47,721 bases of DNA, taken from positions 7,480,630 through 7,528,350 of the forward strand of contig NC_057758.1 of assembly GCF_004010195.1 (NCBI RefSeq). The letters are read 5' to 3'. The position numbers were made by a program, and so were the translations under genes. The notes under the pieces were generated by a model. That model did no database searches. It worked only from the letters and a program-made list of their open reading frames with translations, and was not told the DNA's origin. Source of the stretch: Chiloscyllium plagiosum (Eukaryota). Of the stretch, positions 11,936 through 24,590 are shown piece by piece (positions within the stretch are counted from its first letter, which is position 1; the number at the start of each line of letters is the position of its first letter).

Positions 11936-13395
11936 TCAGTGTGTCCATTAAATCAGTCACTCGGTATGTCAGTGCATCCATTTAGTCAGTCATTCAGTCG
12001 TCTCTGCGTTCATTCGATCAGACAGCCAGTCAGTCAGTGAGTTCAATCAGTCAATCAGTTAGTGCAGACAATCAGCCAGTCATTCAATCAATCAGTGAGT
12101 TTCCATTCAATCTATCTGTCAGTCAGTCAGAATGCCCATTCACTCAGTGAGTGTGTCCATTTGGTCAGGCAGTCTGTCAGTGAGTGTGTCCATTCAGTCA
12201 GTCATTCAGTGCGTCCATTCATTCAATCAGTCAGTCACGGCATCTCGTCATCATTCCGACCATCAGTGCGTCAGGCCAGTCAGTATGACTGTCAGTCCGT
12301 TAATTTAGTCAGCGTCCATTCACTCAGTCATTCAATCCATACGTCAATTATGTCAGTCATTCAGTCAGTCTATCAGTGCGTCCATTCATCCAGTCAGTCA
12401 GTACAGTCGTGCTTTCAGTCAGTGCATCCAGTCAGACGGTCAGTTGGTCAGTGCACCCATTCAGTCAGTCAGACAGTGCATGTGTCCGTTGAATCAATCA
12501 GTCATTGAGTGAGTGTGCACATTCTTTCAGTCAGTCAGTTATTCAGTTAGGACGACCATTCAGTTAGTCAGTTAGTATGTCCACTAAGTCAATCACTCAT
12601 TGAGTCAGAGCGTTAGTTTTGTCAGTGATTTCATTCAGTCTGTCATTCGGTGAGTGCACACATTCAATCATTCAATCAGTGCATTTATTAAGTCCCTCAG
12701 TCAGTCTATCATTGCGTCCATTCAGTGAGTTAGTCAGTTCATCAGTCAGTGCATCCAGTCAGTCAGTCAGTCTGTGCGTTCATCGAGTCAGTCAGTCATT
12801 GAATCAGTAAACCCATTCGATCAGTCCATCATTCAGTGCGTCAATACAGTCAGTGACTGCACATTCAGTATGACATTCACTGCGTCAAGTCAGCCCGTCA
12901 GTGCATGCATTTATTCAATCAGTCAGGGCGTCTCGGCGTCTCGTCATCTGTCAGACAGTCAGTACGTCCAGTCAGTCAGTTACTCAGAGTCCATTCACTC
13001 ATTCAAACAGGGCGTCTATTAAGTCAGTCAGTCAGTCAGTCAGTCAGTCTGCCAGTGCATAGATTCAGTTAGTCAGTGAACTATTCAGTCAGTCAGTCAG
13101 TGTGTCTGTGCTGTCAGTAAGTGCATCCATTCTACTAGTCAGTCACTCTATCATGGAGTTGGTCCATTCAGTCAGTCAGTCAGTAAGTCAGAGGGTCCAT
13201 TCACTCAGTCAGTATATCAATTCAGTCAGTCAATCGGCTGGTGCGTCCATTCAGTCGGTTATTGTGTCTGTACATTAATTCAGTCAGTCCATCTCTGAGT
13301 CTATGCCTCCAGTCAGTATGCCATTCGGTCAGTGCTTAAATTCATTAATTCCGTCAGTGCATTCATTATGTCTGTCAGTCAGTCAGTCTGTCATT
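11935..13395 (+). repeat. Degenerate (TCAG/TCAT)n microsatellite with recurring cagtgcgtccattcagt motif
   Basis: About 1.45 kb of cagt/catt tetramers; pure (AGTC)n at 13022-13048. Confidence 0.9.
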
Positions 13396-13409
13396 GCATC
13401 GTTTCATAT

Positions 13410-13830
13410 CCATTTCAAGAATGAATTTGGAATTTACTGAATTATTGTCACTATCCCCAAAATGCTGATCCACAAAAAAACTTCGAACTCTTGACCGGTA
13501 TTAATCATTACAGCTACCTGTAACTCTATCACATTCCTCGTGGGACGATCTATTTTTTGGCATTAAACGACTCCTGGGCTTATTTTAAATTTTGCCCACA
13601 TTGAATCATTCCACATGAAAGCAGTCTCAATTTACGTCCGCAAAGTTGAAATGCTCCCCAACTACAACATAGTCCTCTCACACATATTTGCAGTTGACTA
13701 CGTATCTGCTCATGTGTGTCTCTTCAACGTTTGGTAGATGTGCAGTCGAATCACAGCCATGTTTCTTAAATTGATTTTATTTCTAATCTCTAGTAGTTAA
13801 CGCAAGTTGTAAGTAACTCCTCGATATTTG
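13410..13830 (-). mobile_element. Old CR1 endonuclease fragment
   Basis: Minus strand resembles LEIRNK...VVGEHFNFADVN and HFGDSDNN. Confidence 0.6.
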
Positions 13831-14304
13831 CCCCTCCCCGCCCCCTCACCACCACCCCCTTCGCCAAACAAATGGAGTTTTGCCATGGGTTAAAATAGTA
13901 TGAGAGTTGGTTGACTCCCCATGAAGGAAATGTTACAATGACAAACCGTTCCCTTGATTGTTTATCATTCCTTGGACTAGGATTTCATAATTGTTAATCA
14001 TGCTGGTTTTATGACACGTTTTACACTCGAAACTATCTGCCAAACTTTCGTTTGCCTTAGAGAGAGAGGAAACATTTAAACACAAGTAGGAAGTGTTGCG
14101 GAAATACAGCAATTCTGACGGAGAGAAAGCAAAGTTAACATTTCACTTCAGTAAGCCCTCTCCATTTCTCCAAATGAGTTCTGAAAAAAGTGACGGGACG
14201 TGTATGTTCCTTCTGCTTTGTCTACACAGACTCTAGGCAACCTCATGAATTACTCCTGCACCACTACTCTTTTGTTACAGAATTCCAGCTTCCGCAGACC
14301 TTAC

Positions 14305-14488
14305 CTTTAATTACACAGAAATGCTTAACGGAGTCAGAATTTTCCCAGGCACTATGGTCCCTTCCTAAAATGGCATTCCACAGAGATCCACTTGCAATGA
14401 TTGACAGAGTTGTATGTTCTGAACGCTGGTGCTGAGTTTGCCTTTTGGATACACCTGACATCTTTAGGAAACAAGCATCCACCCACGC
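14305..14488 (-). pseudogene. Exon remnant: second exon of a split Ig domain
   Basis: Open 184-nt frame AWVDACFLKMSGVSKRQTQHQRSEHTTLSII... resembling IGFN1 'ASPWPDV.WLKDG.PVSKRVT.SN.E..S.L.I'; donor AAAG|gtaagg, phase 1. Confidence 0.55.
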
Positions 14489-14562
14489 CTCATACACTTA
14501 TTTTGCAAGTTATTTTGCAAATCATAATTGTGACACTTCTCTGGCGTAGTTTGAAAATGTAC

Positions 14563-14649
14563 CTGGATCTGGTGGTAAAGCCGCATACATGTCTGGTTAT
14601 GTTATGTTATGTCTGAGAAGTGGTTTGGGGAATGTCTAAGCTGCCACAG
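14563..14649 (-). pseudogene. Exon remnant: short first exon of a split Ig domain (87 nt)
   Basis: Acceptor ctttcttttcag, donor CAG|gtacat; ends ...TCMRLYHQIQ, like MyBP-C C8 '..V.L.IPFQ|'. Confidence 0.5.
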
Positions 14650-14689
14650 CTGAAAAGAAAGCCCGACGTGGAAATCATCTTGAATTCAG

Positions 14690-15240
14690 ACTTGGATACA
14701 TGAGAAAGTGGTGTACAGCAATAATGTGCCCTTTTCATTGTTTATAACCGACTTGGATGAGGAAGTGGAAGTATCAGTTAGGCAGTTTGCCGACGAAACG
14801 ATGTTTCGTAGAGTAGTGGATAGTGTGGAGGGTTGTTGCAGGTTGCAACGGGACATCAACAGGATGCACAACTGAGCTGATTATCGGCAGATGGAGTTCA
14901 CCTGGAAAAGTGCGAATTGATTAATTTTGGAAGTCGAATTTGAATATAAATGCTGGTTTGAAGGCAGGATATTTGGCGATGTGGAGAAACAGAGGGATCC
15001 TTGGGTCCATGTCCATAGACCTCTCAAAGTTGCCTCCCAAGTTGATTGTGAAGTTAAGAAGTGGCATGATGTGTTGTCTTTCATTTGCGGGGAAAATGTT
15101 CAGGAGCCGCGAGGTTATATTGCAGCATTATAAAGCCGTGGTTAGACCACACTTGAAATATTGTGTTCAGTTCTGCTCAGCTAATTATTGGAAGGATTTG
15201 AAAGCTTTAGAGAGGTTGCAGAGGAAATTTACCAGTTTGA
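14690..15240 (+). mobile_element. CR1-clade LINE RT fragment
   Basis: FITDLDE...QFADET, LQRDINRMHN, YKAVVRPHLKYCVQF. Confidence 0.85.
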
Positions 15241-15559
15241 ATGATAATGAAGGAGAAATCGATGGTCATTGGCGGATAATCGATATGTGCCACTGACAAT
15301 CATTGGTTCAGATTGTAATGAAAGCTCTGAATTATGACTTTGGATTTCTGTCCCATTTCAGTGCAAAATATTGTAGAACAGAAGACTTCCTGTGTGCGCA
15401 GTCAGCAACCTTAGCTTAATGAGCACCAAGCTCGAATCACCATTTAAACTGTATCTGTCACCTCTATTCTTCCTGCTACATGCATTACTGCACGTTTCAC
15501 CATATTATATTTAATAAATAATGAGAACATTTGAAGATCAGGTTGATGAGTGGCAATTT

Positions 15560-15890
15560 CTATACATACAGTCAAAGAAGGACACCACTTTACAGGGGAC
15601 AACACACACATCAGAGGACAGGCGAATAGAAGACATGCATGAGAATCCTCAGAGACAGAACAATCTCAACAGATCTCTAAGAATAAACACGTCGATTTAA
15701 ATCTTATCTACCTTCTCTTTCAAATCGAAATGGAAATGTTATCACTCGCCTTAGGAAGCTAAGACTTATAAATAGAGAGGTGAAGCATACCACGAGCGCT
15801 TCATTGAAGACTCTCACTGATTTTGTTACCTAGTATGGTGATGAAACGTCTGAAAACAAACTTTCTAGCTCAGCTAGTTAACTTACATAC
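15560..15890 (+). mobile_element. PLE (separate family) GIY-YIG C-terminus and 3' UTR with degenerate HHR
   Basis: EGHHFTGDNTHIRGQANRRHA*E...NKHVDLNLIY; CTGAttt-tgttacc-tagtat-ggtgat-GAAACGTC at 15817-15850. A short reverse-complement piece of the same tail lies at ~165-200. Confidence 0.7.
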
Positions 15891-16039
15891 TTATTGTGTT
15901 TAACCTACAAAATGTTTTCCCACTTACTTGGCCCGTGTGTACGCTCTGCTTAATATTTATGTCTTTCTCATTAGTTACCAATTCTTTGCATCATCTATCT
16001 TAGTAGGTTCACTTTCCTCGTACATATCAGCAAAATCTG

Positions 16040-16380
16040 ACTCAGTTGGTGTCGTCACACTGCCAGGACTCGGGTTTTATTGCAGCCTCGGATTTCTGTT
16101 GTACAGAGTTTGCACATTCTCCACGTGTCTGTGTGGGTTTCCTTCGTGTGCTCGGGTATAATCCCACAACGCAAAAGTTTGACGTTTAGGTGAACTTGAC
16201 ATGCTACATTGCTCACAGTGTTCAGCGATGTGTCGGTTAGGTACATTAAGCAGGGGTAAATGGATAGTAATGGGGTAGGGGAATGTTTCTAAGTGGGTTC
16301 TTCTTCGCAGGGTGAGTCTGGACTTGTTTGGACAAATGGCCTGTTGCCACACTATAGTGATTCTAAGATTCTATGATTAA
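16040..16380 (+). mobile_element. HE1-type tRNA-derived elasmobranch SINE
   Basis: tRNA-like head remnant, core gagtttgcacattctccacgtgtctgtgtgggtttcc, and CR1-like tail ending (gattcta)n. Confidence 0.85.
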
Positions 16381-16971
16381 CATTGTAAATAACTCTGGCC
16401 ACAACACTGATCCCTGGGGCAATCAAACACTTGGAGATTGAAACCCTGAAAATGTGTAATCGCCCACCAACCCATCGCCCATGCCCTCACTGCAAATCTG
16501 TCCTAGTTCGCCTAGTGTCTATGAACATAGAAAATGAGTCCAGGAATAGGGTCTTCAGCGTTCACGCGTGTTCCACAATTCAATATGACGAGAACGGAAC
16601 AACCTACTCAGTATCCTATTCCCACTTTTTTGCCATAAGTTACTTTCACCATAAGAACCTTCCATATCTCTTTCTTGAAAATATTTAATGTTTTGCATGA
16701 ACTACGTTCTATGGTGGATAATTCTACAAGTTCACCAGTCTTTGTGAAAACATATCGTCTCATCTCTGTCAAAGCACCGCACCCTGTAATCTTAGGCTGT
16801 GAATCTAATTTTCAGATCTAACAAATTTTCCTGAAGGAATCCAACTGACTGGTCTGAAGTTCTAGTGTTTACACCTATTTACACATTATAACAGTGTGGG
16901 AGTATGGAAACAACTAACTCCGACACAACTTCGTAACACACAGGGAGTATTATCAAATGACAAACAGTCAC

Positions 16972-17213
16972 CATCGTTTACACGAACACGCAGTGGTGAT
17001 CCATATTTCCATCTCAGTAGTTGTTATGATACACATGGTTTTGGAGCGAATGAGGTTAGGTGAAACAGTTTCTTTCAAGCTTGCAATTATCATCAGTGGC
17101 GGTGGATCTGAACGTTGTCACTGGAAGCTTTCCCTCTTGTGTTTACAAGGTCACTTCTTTCAATGGATGTTCCATTGTGTCTGTGGGAATATATTCTCCG
17201 CAGTTAGAGGGAT
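16972..17213 (-). pseudogene. Exon remnant: I-set Ig domain (MyBP-C C5/IGFN1 DPP-type)
   Basis: (TC)n tract plus AG, phase 1 (D)PS...MEHPLKEVTL*TQEGKLPVTTF / DPPPLMI ... LRVRVND, donor G|gtgact. Stops and frameshifts present. Confidence 0.45.
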
Positions 17214-17261
17214 CTCTAATTCGGGAGAGACAGAGAGAGAGAGAGAGAGAAAGAGAGACAG

Positions 17262-17430
17262 AGATCAGAATCTGGGAGCAAGAGGCTGGAACTTCAGAAT
17301 AAGTGTACACAATCTGACAAGAAACGATTGGAAAGATTCTACAAGAGATCTGAATCTGGGAACAACGGACTGGAGCATTCCTTCAAGGGAACCGAATCTG
17401 TAAACAATGTACTTGATATCTACAAGTCAT
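17262..17430 (+). repeat. Degenerate 42-bp minisatellite, about 4 units
   Basis: aatctg recurs at 17269, 17311, 17353 and 17395. Confidence 0.7.
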
Positions 17431-17822
17431 TTCAAGAGTCTATCCTGGTATCTTTTCGTAGCATTACGATTCAAAGTACAATAACTGCTTTAAATTATTG
17501 ATTGTTATTGCTATATTATTATTGGTTTCGTTGGAGTTTCTGGTAAGCCACTCTATTCAGCCATTGACTGTAAAGCTACATTGAGTTTATGAGCCTGCTT
17601 TCAATTGTTCACTCCCCACACTCTATGCTGCTGTTCCCTTTCTATTTGTTGAAACACTGTATCCGGAAATTGGAGGTGGAAGTATTTTGTGAGTACAGAA
17701 TATAGAACATAGAATATAACATATTACACCACAGTAATAGGCATTGAAACCACCGTGTCGGGCCGAACACGACGCCAAATTGAATTAATCTAATCTTTTT
17801 TTTCTTCCTTGAGTACATATCC

Positions 17823-18717
17823 AGCTAACAGACCCCACCACTAAGGATATATTTCCCTCCCCTGCCCTATCAGCGTTCCAGAAAGACCACTCCCTCTGCG
17901 ACTTGCTCGTCAGGTCTACATCCCCCTCCAACCCAACCTCCACTCCAGACACCTTCCCCTGCAACTGCAAGAAATGCAAAACCTGTGCACACAACTCCCC
18001 CTCACTTCCCTCCAAGGCTCCAAGGATCCTTCCATATCCGTCACAAATTCACCTGCACCTCCACACACATCATTTCCTGCATCCGCTGCACCCGATGTGG
18101 CCTCTTCTACATTGGGGAGACAGGCCGCCTACTTGTGGAGTGTTTCAGAGAACACCAATAGGACATCCGCACCAACCAACACAACCGCCCCGTGGCTGAA
18201 CACTTTAACTCCCCCTCCCACTCCGCCAAGGACATGCAGGTCCTTGGCCTCCTTCATCGCCAGAGCATGGCAACAAGACGCCTGGAGGAAGAGCGCCTCA
18301 TCGTCCGCCTAGGAACCCTCCAACTACAAGAGATGAATGCAGATTTTCCGAGCTTCCTCATTTCTCCAGCTTCCTCATTTCCCCACCCCCCATCTTATCC
18401 AGTCCAAACCCTCGGACACAGCACGGCCTTCTTAACCTGCAATCTTCTTCCCGACCTCTCCGCCCGCACCGCCTCCCCCGCCTTTCACCCTCACCTTAAC
18501 CTCCTTCAAACGATCGCATTCCCAACGCCCCTCCCCCAAGTCCCTCCCCCCTACCTTTTATCTTTGCCTGCTTGGCACACCTTCCTCATTCCTGAAGAAG
18601 GGATTATGCCCGAAACGTTGATTCTCCTGCTCCTTGGATGCTGGCTGACCTGCCGCGCTTTTCCAGCAACACATTTTTCAGCTCTGATCTCAAGCATCTG
18701 CAGTCCTCACTTTCTCC
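17823..18717 (+). mobile_element. PLE, 5'-truncated: GIY-YIG endonuclease, 3' UTR, HHR; 9-bp TSD
   Basis: CIRCTRCGLFYIGETGR...VAEHFNSPSHS...RRLEEERLIVRLGTLQ; HHR at 18592-18619; TSD tacatatcc at 17814-17822 and 18718-18726. Confidence 0.9.
18588..18623 (+). ncRNA. Minimal type I hammerhead ribozyme motif (PLE-associated)
   Basis: CUGAAGA-A-GGGA-UUAU-GCCC-GAAA-CGUU; core boxes intact, one stem II mismatch. Confidence 0.6.
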
Positions 18718-20119
18718 TACATATCCTTCTATCATGGCATCTTCATGTACTTGTCTAAGATACCCTTAAACTCCCTACGTTATCAGCCTCCATCACTACC
18801 ACTGGAAGAGCTATCCAGAAGTCTACCACTGCCAATGTCAAATACATGCGCTTCTCAGTTCCTTTGAACTTGCTCGCTCTCACTTTAAATGCACAGACAA
18901 AGACATTGAACTCTGATAATAAAATTTGGACCGTCAACCCTTTTTATGTAAATAAAAATTTTAAAGGCTTACATTAATTGTCCGCCTCTCCAAAGAAACA
19001 AATCCGAGTTTTCCCAGTCTCCACTTGTAGCTCATATCTTCTAATCCACGAAGTATCCTGAAAAGCCTCTCTTCCACTCTTTGCAAAGCAACCTTCCTGT
19101 GATGTGGCGAATACTATTTGCTGAAACAGTTCAAGACCGGCCGAACTGAAGTCCTACAAAGCTGCAACATGACAGCTTGATTCTTCTACTCAATTTCTTG
19201 ATCTAAAAAGGTAAGCATGCCGTGTGCTTTCTTTAAAGTACCATCGTGGCAATGTTCCGGGAGCTATAAACCCAAACCCCAAGATCCCTCTGTACATCAG
19301 CGCTTTTAGGGTCCTGCCAATAACTGTATACATTTCCTTAACAGATCATCGCCAAAGGTGCAGCACCAAACCTTTACGTGAATTAAAGTTACTTTACCAT
19401 TTCTCCTCCCATATGTCCAATTGACTTATGTTCCGTGACATGCTTTGGAAATCTTCCAAACTATCCTCAAATCCGCTGATATTTGAAACGTCTACAACTT
19501 ACGAACCCACCTCCAACATGTGCATTTTCTTCAAAATCATTTATATTCATCACAAATAGCAGGGGTCATCTGCAGCGCGCCATCAGTCTCTCACATCCAT
19601 CGAGGAAATTACCCTTCCAGCACTGCCCGCTTCCTTCTATAAGCAAGCCAACTCTAGAACAAAGCAGTCATACAATCGTCGACCCCATGCGTTTTTCATC
19701 TTCTGGATGAGCCGACAATGAGGGACTTACTCGAAAACCTTACTAAAACCAACATCGACAACTCCAAATGTTCCACATCGATCACCTTCGACACTTCCTG
19801 GAAAAATTCAATCATTTTTGGCAGGCATGTCATATCCAGCACAAACCCCTGCTGACTAGTCCCAGTCAAACCATTCTTTTCCAAATACGCATAAACAAAA
19901 ATTGCTAAATAATCCGTCGAATAGCTACCCAAGCGGCGATGCACGTCTTACCGATTAACCCTATTTACCTTGCCGAAAAGAGAAAGAACATTAGCTACTC
20001 ACCAGTCCTCTGTTGCATATGCAGTGGCGAGCGAGCATACAATGATCCTGGTCTGCAAAGTTCATGAAGAAATTGTTGAATGTGGATAGGGCCAATGTCT
20101 GATCAATGTTCATTCATCA

Positions 20120-20286
20120 CTCAGGAAAGCTTGAGTCGTGTCTGCCTTTGGCAATCAAATGTGCGAAGATCAAAAATGCCCATATCAGAGCAGAATGCAA
20201 CACATGTTCTTTGAAAACTGGCTCAATTTCGACTTCACTGCAAGTTCGAAAAGATGTATTCCCTTTATACCTATTTCTATTTCAGA
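20120..20286 (-). pseudogene. Exon remnant: second THB-like segment
   Basis: Pyrimidine tract then tttcag acceptor; LFELAVKSKLSQF / VAFCSDMGIFDLRT...TRLK resembles MyBP-C 'VWEIL..A.PSEYE.IAFQYG.TDLRGMLKRLK'. Confidence 0.5.
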
Positions 20287-20696
20287 CTGAAACATCGATC
20301 CAGAGAAAAAAGGCGAATGAGAAACCGGTCCTTAACTTCCGCTCCCCCATCCAGTATTCTCCCCTTTGTCCCGAACATCTTGATGTGACTCCATCCTGAA
20401 AACATTCCGTACTTTGGTCTCAACCTCTTATTGTGGCAACGGCTTCCACAGGCTCACCACTCTGCGTGAAGACATTTCTCCTCATGACAGTCCTCCACTT
20501 CATTCTTAGACTGAGACAAACTAGAATCCCGAATATCAGGAACATCCTTCTTGCGTTTCCCTGTCTTATTCTGTTTTAAATTTTGTGGATATCTGTTAGG
20601 TAATTCCCCCTTCCCACCCATTTGTCCAATCTCCAGTGAATACAGTCCCGCTATCTCAGCAATTAGACAAACACATGAACATCACACCCACTTCAT

Positions 20697-21220
20697 AGAA
20701 CATAGAATATTACAGGCTTTTCAGCCCATAACGTTGCGCCGAACATTTATCTTAATCTAAAAAAACAAAACTTCACACCCCTCCGTTTATTCCTGTACAT
20801 TTTGTTGTCCAGCAGTTGCTTAAATGTTCCTAATGTCTCTGACTCTACTAGCACGTCTGACAGTGCCTTCCATGCACCCACCACATTCTGCATAAAGAAG
20901 AGTCCATTGACATCTCCCATATAACTTTCTTCAACACCTTAAGATTATGACCCCTCGTGACAGCCATGCCTGCCATGGGGAAAGGTCCCTGGTCATTTAA
21001 TCTGTCTACATCTGTCAGTATCTTGTACGTCTCTATCAAGTCGCCTCTCTTCCGTCTTCTCTTTGATGTGAAAAAGCCCAGCTCTCTTAAAATATCGTCA
21101 TAAGACATGCCCTCCAATCCACCTCGCATCCTGATAAACCCCCTCTGCACCCTCTCGAAGGAAGCTACATCTTACCTATAATGATTCAAGCAGAAATGTA
21201 CACAATATTTCAATTGTGGT
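20697..21220 (-). mobile_element. CR1-clade LINE 3' end
   Basis: ORF 20848..21150 LRELGFFTSKRRRKRGDLIETYKIL...TRGHNLK. Older CR1 tails also at ~16520-16830 and ~20330-20660. Confidence 0.85.
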
Positions 21221-21232
21221 CTAACTATTCGT

Positions 21233-21356
21233 AAAGAAGGACTTATGCCCGAAAAGTCGATTCTCCTGCTATTCGGATGCTGCCTGGCCTGCTGTGTTTT
21301 TCCAGCACCACATTTTTCAACTATGGTGCTCCAGCATCTGCAGTCCTCACTTTCTC
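21233..21356 (+). mobile_element. 124-bp PLE 3'-end insertion truncated within the HHR core; 12-bp TSD
   Basis: TSD ctaactattcgt at 21221-21232 and 21357-21368. Confidence 0.85.
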
Positions 21357-21499
21357 CTAACTATTCGTGAGGCTAAGCCTGGAAATGAATTGCAGTTTTA
21401 TTACTGATCAAAAGGTTCTGCAGATGTTCATCACGTGGGAGAAGGAATATGTTCAAACAGATTGCAGAAGTGGAACTGTTAACTAAGTCAGTGCCTGGG

Positions 21500-24400
21500 A
21501 GATAGTCCCAACCAGTCGGAAAATTTGCAGAGGCCAAATGTCACACAGTAACAGGGGATCTCGTGGAGGAAGCAATCAGTCTGTCATTGCGTTGGCAGAA
21601 TAATAGAAATAATATACAGTCGTTGGAGGGGAAATTAAGTGATGGTTGGAAATAGGGAAAGAGAGAGAAAATCTTTGGACAGATTAAGGAGTCGTTAGTA
21701 GTTAGTCTGAGAAAATGATGAGCTGCTAATGGGACCTATTAATGGTTAGACATCAAAAGTGAGTGGTAGCAGCCCATGTGATGATACAGTCTGTTCTGTG
21801 GGTTTGGGGAAAGATTTGTGAAAAATTCTCATGCACTAAAATTGTTGTAGCAGATGCTTAGTCCAAAAAGCAGTATCATTACCAAGTGTAAAATGCGGTG
21901 CTGTTCTTCCAGCTTACTTTGGGTTTCGCTGGATCAAGTTTGAGACAGAGATCTTTGCCAAACATCCGTTGGTGTGTCTAAGTGGAAAATAACAGAAAGT
22001 TCAGGGCCATTTTTAGAGGTACAGCATAAGTGTTCTAAGAAGCAGTCAGAAGGTTGCATTTCCTCTCCCCAAAAGAGAGGAGACCGCATTGTGAGCAGGA
22101 ATAAACTAGATTGCAAAAAATGCAGGAAAAGCGCGGGTAGACCTGGAAGGTATGTTTGCAGTCTTTGTTAAACTTAAGGGGAGCAGAAACTAACCGTTCA
22201 GATATTACATATTCTGGGAAGGTGTGCCTCTGAGAACGTTTTCGGATCGAAGGAGGAGTGGACCAGGGTTTCCAAGAGGGAAGAGTAACAAGGGAGTGTC
22301 GGGAAAATGTTTCTGATGATGGCATTCTGCTCGTGGGATATGAAAAGGCGACTAATGATCCTTTGGATGAGGATACTTATGGGATAGTGGGTCAATGGGG
22401 ACTCCATCAAGGTTGTGTAAGGGAAGAGGGCGTTAAAGACTGATGTATAGGAAATGGGGTTGGATCCAGCTGAAGACTATGACATGTACATTGCAGGAGA
22501 TTCCTTGGTTGAAGTAAAAAGTGCACAGTTTGTAGATGCCTTTCTCGACATTGGCAAAATCATAGCATTTGTGATGAAGGCGGTGGAACTAGGAGAATGG
22601 AATACAGTCTTTATAGAGTCACAAAGTCATAAAGATGTACAGCAGGGAACCGGAACGTCCGGTCCAACACATCCATGCCTACCAGATATCACCACCCAAT
22701 CTAGTCAAACCTGCCAGCATCCGGCCCATATCCCTCCTAAATTTCGTATTCATATAACCATCCAAGTGGTTCTTAAATGTTGCAATTGTACCAGCCTCCA
22801 CCACTTCCTCTGGCAGCTCATTCCATGCACGTACCACCCTCTGTGTGAAAATGTTTCCCCATAGGTCTCTTTTATATCTTTCCCCTCTCACCCTAAACTT
22901 ATGCCCTCTAGTTCTGGACTCCTCTGCCCCAGGGAAAATACCTTACCTGTTTACCCGATCCATGCTCCTCATAATTTTGTAAACCTCTATAAGGCCACCA
23001 TTCAGCCTCCGATGCTCCAGTGAAAACAGCCCCAGCCTGTTCAGCCTCTCCCTGTAGCTCAAACCCTCCAAACCTGTTAAACTACTTGTAAATCTTTTCT
23101 GAACTCTTTCATGTTTCACAACATCTTTCTGATAGGAAGGAGTCCAGAATTGCACGCAATATTCCAACAGTGGTCTAACCAATGTCCTGTACATGGCCAC
23201 AACATGGCCTCCCAACTTCAGTACTTAATACTCTGACCAATGAAGAAAAGCACACCAAACGCCTTCTTCATTATCCTATGTAACTGCGACTTCACTTTCA
23301 AGGAGCTATGAACCTGCACTCCAGGTCTCTTTGCTCAGCAACATTCCCTAGGACCTTACCATTAAGATTTTCTTTCCCAAAATGCAGCACCTCGCAGTTA
23401 TCTGAATTAAACTCCACCTGCCACTTCTCAGCCCATTGGCCCATCTGGTCAAGATCCTGTTGTAATCTGTGGTAACCTTCTTCGCTGTCCACTACACATC
23501 TACTTTTGGTGTCATTTCCAAACTTATTAACTGTATCCCTTATGCTCGCATCCAAATCATTTATGGAAATGACAAATAAAGAGGACCCAGCAGCGATAAT
23601 TGAGACACTCCACTGGTCACAGGCCTCCAGTCTGAAAAACAACCCTCCATCCCCAGCCTCTCTCTTCTACCTTTGTGCCATTTCAGTATCCAATTTGCTA
23701 GTCCTCCCTGTATAAGCACCAGGGGTGTGAGAATATATAGCAACAATAGCTATGTGAGCCAGTGGGTTTGCGTTAGATATTGGTGGCCAACCTATAATCA
23801 CAAATGGAACTAAAGACGTCGAGGACGGAAGGGGAAGTCGGATATGGGCCACGTGACGGTGAAAGCGAGGTGGATATTGAAAGTGAAATAACTAAGTTTT
23901 TCTTTATAATTCTGAATGAGAAAAGGAAACAGCATCAATAATGCCATTGATTCCCAGAGAATCGGGTGATGGACAGTTTAAACTGAAACAAGGAATTTTT
24001 CATGTAGCACACAAAGAGATATTTGGGGCAATCATGGTATCCTCGATCATCCTTTTGTTCTGAAGAAAATGAGTACAGTTAAAAACTAAGTTGTTCAGGG
24101 TGCCGATAATCTTGGCCATTTGGTGGAGATTAGTCGTTGATGGGGTTATTTAAGGCTTGTCTTGAATGAAGAAATGGAAAGTCTGAGGACCATTCCAATG
24201 GAGCGCAAATGTGCAAAGGGTTTGTGCGCACATGGGAAAAACGTTTTTAGACAAAGGCATGGACAGGAAATGTTCACAAAGATTTGGGATTAGTCCCAAA
24301 GGAAAATGGGGTTAGTGCTAATGGACGCTTCTGTCAGCTTTGCCCAGTTTGAGTTGAATCGCCAGTCTCAATACTGGAGAATTTTATGACACTATGACTA

Positions 24401-24590
24401 TGACTGGAGCCCGCGAAAGATAAATTCTGAAACTGGCTTGAAGTGTATGACGAATCATGAGTGGTATTGGGAAGAGGGAAAATTTCGAGTTGAGGTTGAA
24501 AAGGATGCACACTGTCGGACATGGGCAGGAACAATCAATTGGGAGGATTGCTATCGATTCTTTTAGTAGCAAAGTATTCTGAATCAAACC
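21500..24590 (-). mobile_element. Old PLE (RT plus GIY-YIG), interrupted by a CR1 at 22613-23710
   Basis: ORF 22035..22325 FSCIFCNLVYSCSQCGLLSFGERK (GIY-YIG-like); PLE RT-like remnants at 23720-24330. Ends approximate. Confidence 0.65.
22613..23710 (-). mobile_element. Relatively young CR1-clade LINE 3' part
   Basis: WRPVTSGV, ISINDLD, KFGNDTK, YRTLVRPLLEYCVQFW, FTQRVVRAWNELP and 3' UTR. Confidence 0.92.

Larger units (their letters stand above)
17697..20050 (-). mobile_element. CR1-clade LINE 3' part (RT to tail), split by the PLE at 17823-18717
   Basis: SQQGFVLDMTCLPKMIEFFQEV in ORF 19696..19944; tail repeats (ttctat)n near 17700. Confidence 0.8.

Noticed and set aside
12062..13022. Ser/Gln/Val-rich ORFs
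   Set aside because: Translations of the TCAG microsatellite.
16040..16110. tRNA-like sequence
   Set aside because: Degenerate head of the HE1-like SINE; no cloverleaf.
16957..17403. 148-aa plus-strand ORF as a gene
   Set aside because: Antisense to an Ig exon remnant and runs through a (GA)n tract and a minisatellite.
17262..17430. Regularly spaced repeats as a CRISPR array
   Set aside because: Vertebrate context, degenerate tandem units without unique spacers, and no cas genes.
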